A stretch of 64,000 bases of DNA from Longimicrobiales bacterium. GTDB taxonomy: Bacteria > Gemmatimonadota > Gemmatimonadetes > Longimicrobiales > Gaopeijiaceae. A program made the position numbers and the translations under genes. Location: the NCBI GenBank assembly GCA_965238005.1, contig OZ250165.1, forward strand, positions 2,720,001 to 2,784,000. The letters run 5' to 3'. Under the pieces are notes generated by a model. That model searched no databases, had not been told where the DNA came from, and worked only from the letters and a program-made list of their open reading frames with translations. This document shows positions 60,923 to 64,000 of the stretch, piece by piece. The stretch's first letter is position 1. Each line of letters begins with the position of its first letter.

Positions 60923-63328
60923 CTACCGTACGGTGAGGGTGGCTACGGCCGACACCTCGTCTGCGTCCGAACGGGCGACCACGGTGAAGGTGTACGTGCC
61001 CGGCGCGACCGTAGGTTGCTCCGGAGCTGGACCGGTCATGTCTCCGCCGCACCCCGACTGCATGCTCAGGACCACGAAGATCAGTAGCGCGGGGACCCGG
61101 ACCCGTCGTCTGCGGGGCTGGCTCTCCCGGGCGGCGAGCACGAGGCCCAAAGCGGCCATCGCGGCCAGCATGAGCCACACGCTTCCGGCCGGGCCGCGAC
61201 CGCCCGGGGCCTCCGGAGCGAACAACACCTCGGCCAATCGGGAAGCGGTCGTGACCGTGAGGGCAGACGTCACGGGCGCATCGCCCGCGACCAGCGAGGC
61301 CGGTGAGAACGCACACGACGCGTTCGGCGGCAGCTCCTCGCACGCGAGCCGCAGCACCGCGCCCGGCGAGGCCGCGCCCGGCTCCAGGGTGATCGTGTAG
61401 AACGCCGTCTCGCCGACCCGGACAGCGCGATCGCCCGGATCTATGCGCAGGGGTGGAGACGTCGTAGCGCTGACGACCGCCGACCACTCGCCCGTCCCGG
61501 CATCGTTGACGGCCCGCACCCGGTAGTGGCGGGTCGTGCCTCCGTCGAGCCCGGTGTCACCGTACTCGGTCCCCGTGCCGCCGTGGGCCGGGTCCACCCC
61601 CGTCCAGCCCGTCTCGCCGTCAGCCGACCACTCGACTTCGTAGCCGGTCACCTCGCCCTCCGGCGCCGTCCACGACACGTCGATCCTCGAGGCGCCCGAT
61701 GCCGTGGCCGAGACGTTCTCCGGTGCATCCGGCACTGTCGTAGCGCTGACGACCGCCGACCACTCGCCCGTCCCGGCATCGTTGACGGCCCGCACCCGGT
61801 AGTGGCGGGTCGTGCCTCCGTCGAGCCCGGTGTCACCGTACTCGGTCCCCGTGCCGCCGTGGGCCGGGTCCACCCCCGTCCAGCCCGTCTCGCCGTCAGC
61901 CGACCACTCGACTTCGTAGCCGGTCACCTCGCCCTCCGGCGCCGTCCACGACACGTCGATCCTCGAGGCGCCCGATGCCGTGGCCGAGACGTTCTCCGGT
62001 GCATCCGGCACTGTCGTAGCGCTGACGACCGCCGACCACTCGCCCGTCCCGGCATCGTTGACGGCCCGCACCCGGTAGTGGCGGGTCGTGCCTCCGTCGA
62101 GCCCGGTGTCACCGTACTCGGTCCCCGTGCCGCCGTGGGCCGGGTCCACCCCCGTCCAGCCCGTCTCGCCGTCCGCCGACCACTCGACTTCGTAGCCGGT
62201 CACCTCGCCCTCCGGCGCCGTCCACGACACGTCGATCCTCGAGGCGCCCGATGCCGTGGCCGAGACGTTCTCCGGTGCATCCGGCACTGTCGTAGCGCTG
62301 ACGACCGCCGACCACTCGCCCGTCCCGGCATCGTTGACGGCCCGCACCCGGTAGTGGCGGGTCGTGCCTCCGTCGAGCCCGGTGTCGCCGTACTCGGTCC
62401 CCGTGCCGCCGTGGGCCGGGTCCACCCCCGTCCAGCCCGTCTCGCCGTCCGCCGACCACTCGACTTCGTAGCCGGTCACCTCGCCCTCCGGCGCCGTCCA
62501 CGACACGTCGATCCGCGAGGTGCCCGATGCCGTGGCCGAGACGTTCTCCGGTGCATCCGGCACTGTCGTCGCGCTAACGACCGCCGACCACTCGCCCGGC
62601 CCGGCATCGTTGACGGCTCGCACCCGGTAGTGGCGGGTCGTGCCTCCGTCGAGCCCGGTGTCGCCGTACCCGGTCTCCGTCCCGCCGTGGGCCGGGTCCA
62701 CTCCCGTCCAGCCCGTCTCGCCGTCCGGCGACCACTCGACTTCGTAGCCGGTCACGGCACCCTCCGCGCCGCCGTCGCTCGACGGTGCGTCCCAACTCAG
62801 TACAACCTCGCCGTCCCCGGCCACCGCCATCAGGTTCCCGACCGCGCCCGGCACGGACACTACCGGTCCGCCTCCTCCACCACCTCCGCCAGCCGACACA
62901 GTGACCGACACGGCACCTGAGCAGTTGTTCGTCGTGTCGGATTCCCCGGGTACCTCGTCCACGCACGCGCCGTAGTAGTACGTGTCAGCCTTCGATGGCG
63001 CCGTCAGACGAATCGTTGCCGCGTAGCCCTGGTTAACGAGAAGCGCTCGAACCGCGTCCGTCCCTTCCTCCTTGTCGGATGCCGTGATCGTCGCATCCGT
63101 CGAGCGTAGGTACCGTACCGTGGTAGCCGCCGACTGTGACTGCGCATCGCCATCGTTGGTCACCGTCGCAATAAACCAAAACGTCTCGCCCGTCTCCACG
63201 CTGGTTTTGCTCACGTTCGGCCCCGGCACAACCAAATCCGGTGCAGACTGCGCGGCAACGCCCACCGGTAGCGCCAGCAGCATCGCAGCAGTCAGGATTG
63301 TCCGTTTGATGCTTCCTCTCGTCGTCAT
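60923..63328 (-). CDS. Secreted/membrane fibronectin type III repeat protein (CARDB-like N-domain, five FN3 domains, C-terminal TM/GCGG module)
   Basis: Signal ending VAAQ; VSWTAP..VTGYEVEWS..HYRVRAVNDAG repeats. Confidence 0.92.
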   Translation of the reverse strand: MTTRGSIKRTILTAAMLLALPVGVAAQSAPDLVVPGPNVSKTSVETGETFWFIATVTNDGDAQSQSAATTVRYLRSTDATITASDKEEGTDAVRALLVNQGYAATIRLTAPSKADTYYYGACVDEVPGESDTTNNCSGAVSVTVSAGGGGGGGGPVVSVPGAVGNLMAVAGDGEVVLSWDAPSSDGGAEGAVTGYEVEWSPDGETGWTGVDPAHGGTETGYGDTGLDGGTTRHYRVRAVNDAGPGEWSAVVSATTVPDAPENVSATASGTSRIDVSWTAPEGEVTGYEVEWSADGETGWTGVDPAHGGTGTEYGDTGLDGGTTRHYRVRAVNDAGTGEWSAVVSATTVPDAPENVSATASGASRIDVSWTAPEGEVTGYEVEWSADGETGWTGVDPAHGGTGTEYGDTGLDGGTTRHYRVRAVNDAGTGEWSAVVSATTVPDAPENVSATASGASRIDVSWTAPEGEVTGYEVEWSADGETGWTGVDPAHGGTGTEYGDTGLDGGTTRHYRVRAVNDAGTGEWSAVVSATTVPDAPENVSATASGASRIDVSWTAPEGEVTGYEVEWSADGETGWTGVDPAHGGTGTEYGDTGLDGGTTRHYRVRAVNDAGTGEWSAVVSATTSPPLRIDPGDRAVRVGETAFYTITLEPGAASPGAVLRLACEELPPNASCAFSPASLVAGDAPVTSALTVTTASRLAEVLFAPEAPGGRGPAGSVWLMLAAMAALGLVLAARESQPRRRRVRVPALLIFVVLSMQSGCGGDMTGPAPEQPTVAPGTYTFTVVARSDADEVSAVATLTVR
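61460..62755. repeat. Near-identical 276-bp tandem repeats (about 4.7 units) encoding the FN3 domains
   Basis: Identical shadow ORFs spaced 276 bp apart (61648, 61924). Confidence 0.95.
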
Positions 63329-63774
63329 CGGATGGCCCTCGACGGAACTTTCCGAGTCCAGGTTCTCGTAGTGGGGTCCTCGTTTTCTTGTCTTCTCGAC
63401 CGTCAGCGAGAATGAACTCCCCCTCCTGGTGAGTCAACTGCTACCGAAAGACCGGCCACTCTTGGAGCCGGATGGCTCAGGAGGCTGTGGCGGGCGCGCG
63501 TCACGGGGGGCCTCCGTGTCGAGAGTACTCGGTCGAGCAGGCTAGAGGAACCCCTTCGGCCAAGCCTGCTCGCCGCCGCTGGGAACCCGCTGCAAGGCAC
63601 GGGAGACGGTCGTCGAGGGGGAAGCGTTGCTGGTCCGTTCCCTCCACCGCGTTCGAGCCGAGCCCGCTCTCGTGGTGCTCCGGTGAGCCCACGAGAGCCT
63701 TCACCGGCAGCTCAGAGGGGACGCACCCGCCGGGGGGTGCGTTTCCGACCGCCGTCGCGCCACCTTGGACGGAC

Positions 63775-63865
63775 ACCAAGGTGCTTAAGCCAGCCCACGC
63801 AATGTCAAACATTGCGGTCTGGCCAAGGGGACGCTGCGCCCCCCTTGAACCCCCAACTTCCCGGG
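63775..63865 (-). other. oriT-like site, followed by a degenerate mobC-like start
   Basis: taagccag at 63786-63793 and hairpin cgcaatgt/acattgcg at 63798-63816. Confidence 0.7.
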
Positions 63866-64000
63866 CTGCTGCCGGGGCAGCGAGCGGTGGGTGCCGCCAT
63901 CGCGAACCGCGTCGCCGGTGCGATCACCGCGCACCGCCTCAGCGTCACCGGCGCAGCTCGCGCCCACGCTCGGCGGAGCACGCCGCCTATCGGCACGAGG

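Noticed and set aside
1..64000. tRNA or rRNA genes as integration sites
   Set aside because: None recognised; the identified cores lie in or beside T4SS genes

Overview
GC-rich bacterial window that is almost entirely accessory DNA. The surface proteins and a C-terminal TM/GCGG motif suggest an Acidobacterium, possibly host-associated; that is inference only. The backbone is a minus-strand conjugation operon of an ICE-like element: virB8-like, a wHTH/Rep-like gene, virD4, virB11, ardC, a relaxase-like gene and a membrane protein. A second ardC-relaxase block and a virB4 fragment lie on the plus strand. The operon is cut at precise points by small tyrosine-integrase elements, and three are complete with direct-repeat cores visible in the sequence: E1 7919-14175 (TGAGCGA, inside virB11), E2 16160-30588 (GCCGGTGCA, inside virD4) and E3 31359-46729 (CCGTAGGG, 16 nt upstream of virD4). 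Removing E1 and E2 in silico restores in-frame virB11 (327 aa) and virD4 (678 aa). Further element ends truncate virB8 and both sides of virB4. E1-E3 each carry an integrase, ColE1-like CTGGCTTA/hairpin oriT copies (degenerate in E3) and defence-type cargo: type I and III R-M, HEPN proteins, DNA glycosylase-like proteins, DUF262, DUF429, DUF5131/TcmP and a TA pair. Also present are an IS1182, IS256/IS1595/IS3/IS21 remnants, nested group II intron 3' ends, a (GCCGA)26 microsatellite, and large Calx-beta/autotransporter-like and FN3-repeat surface proteins. All family calls come from motif recognition, not database searches.
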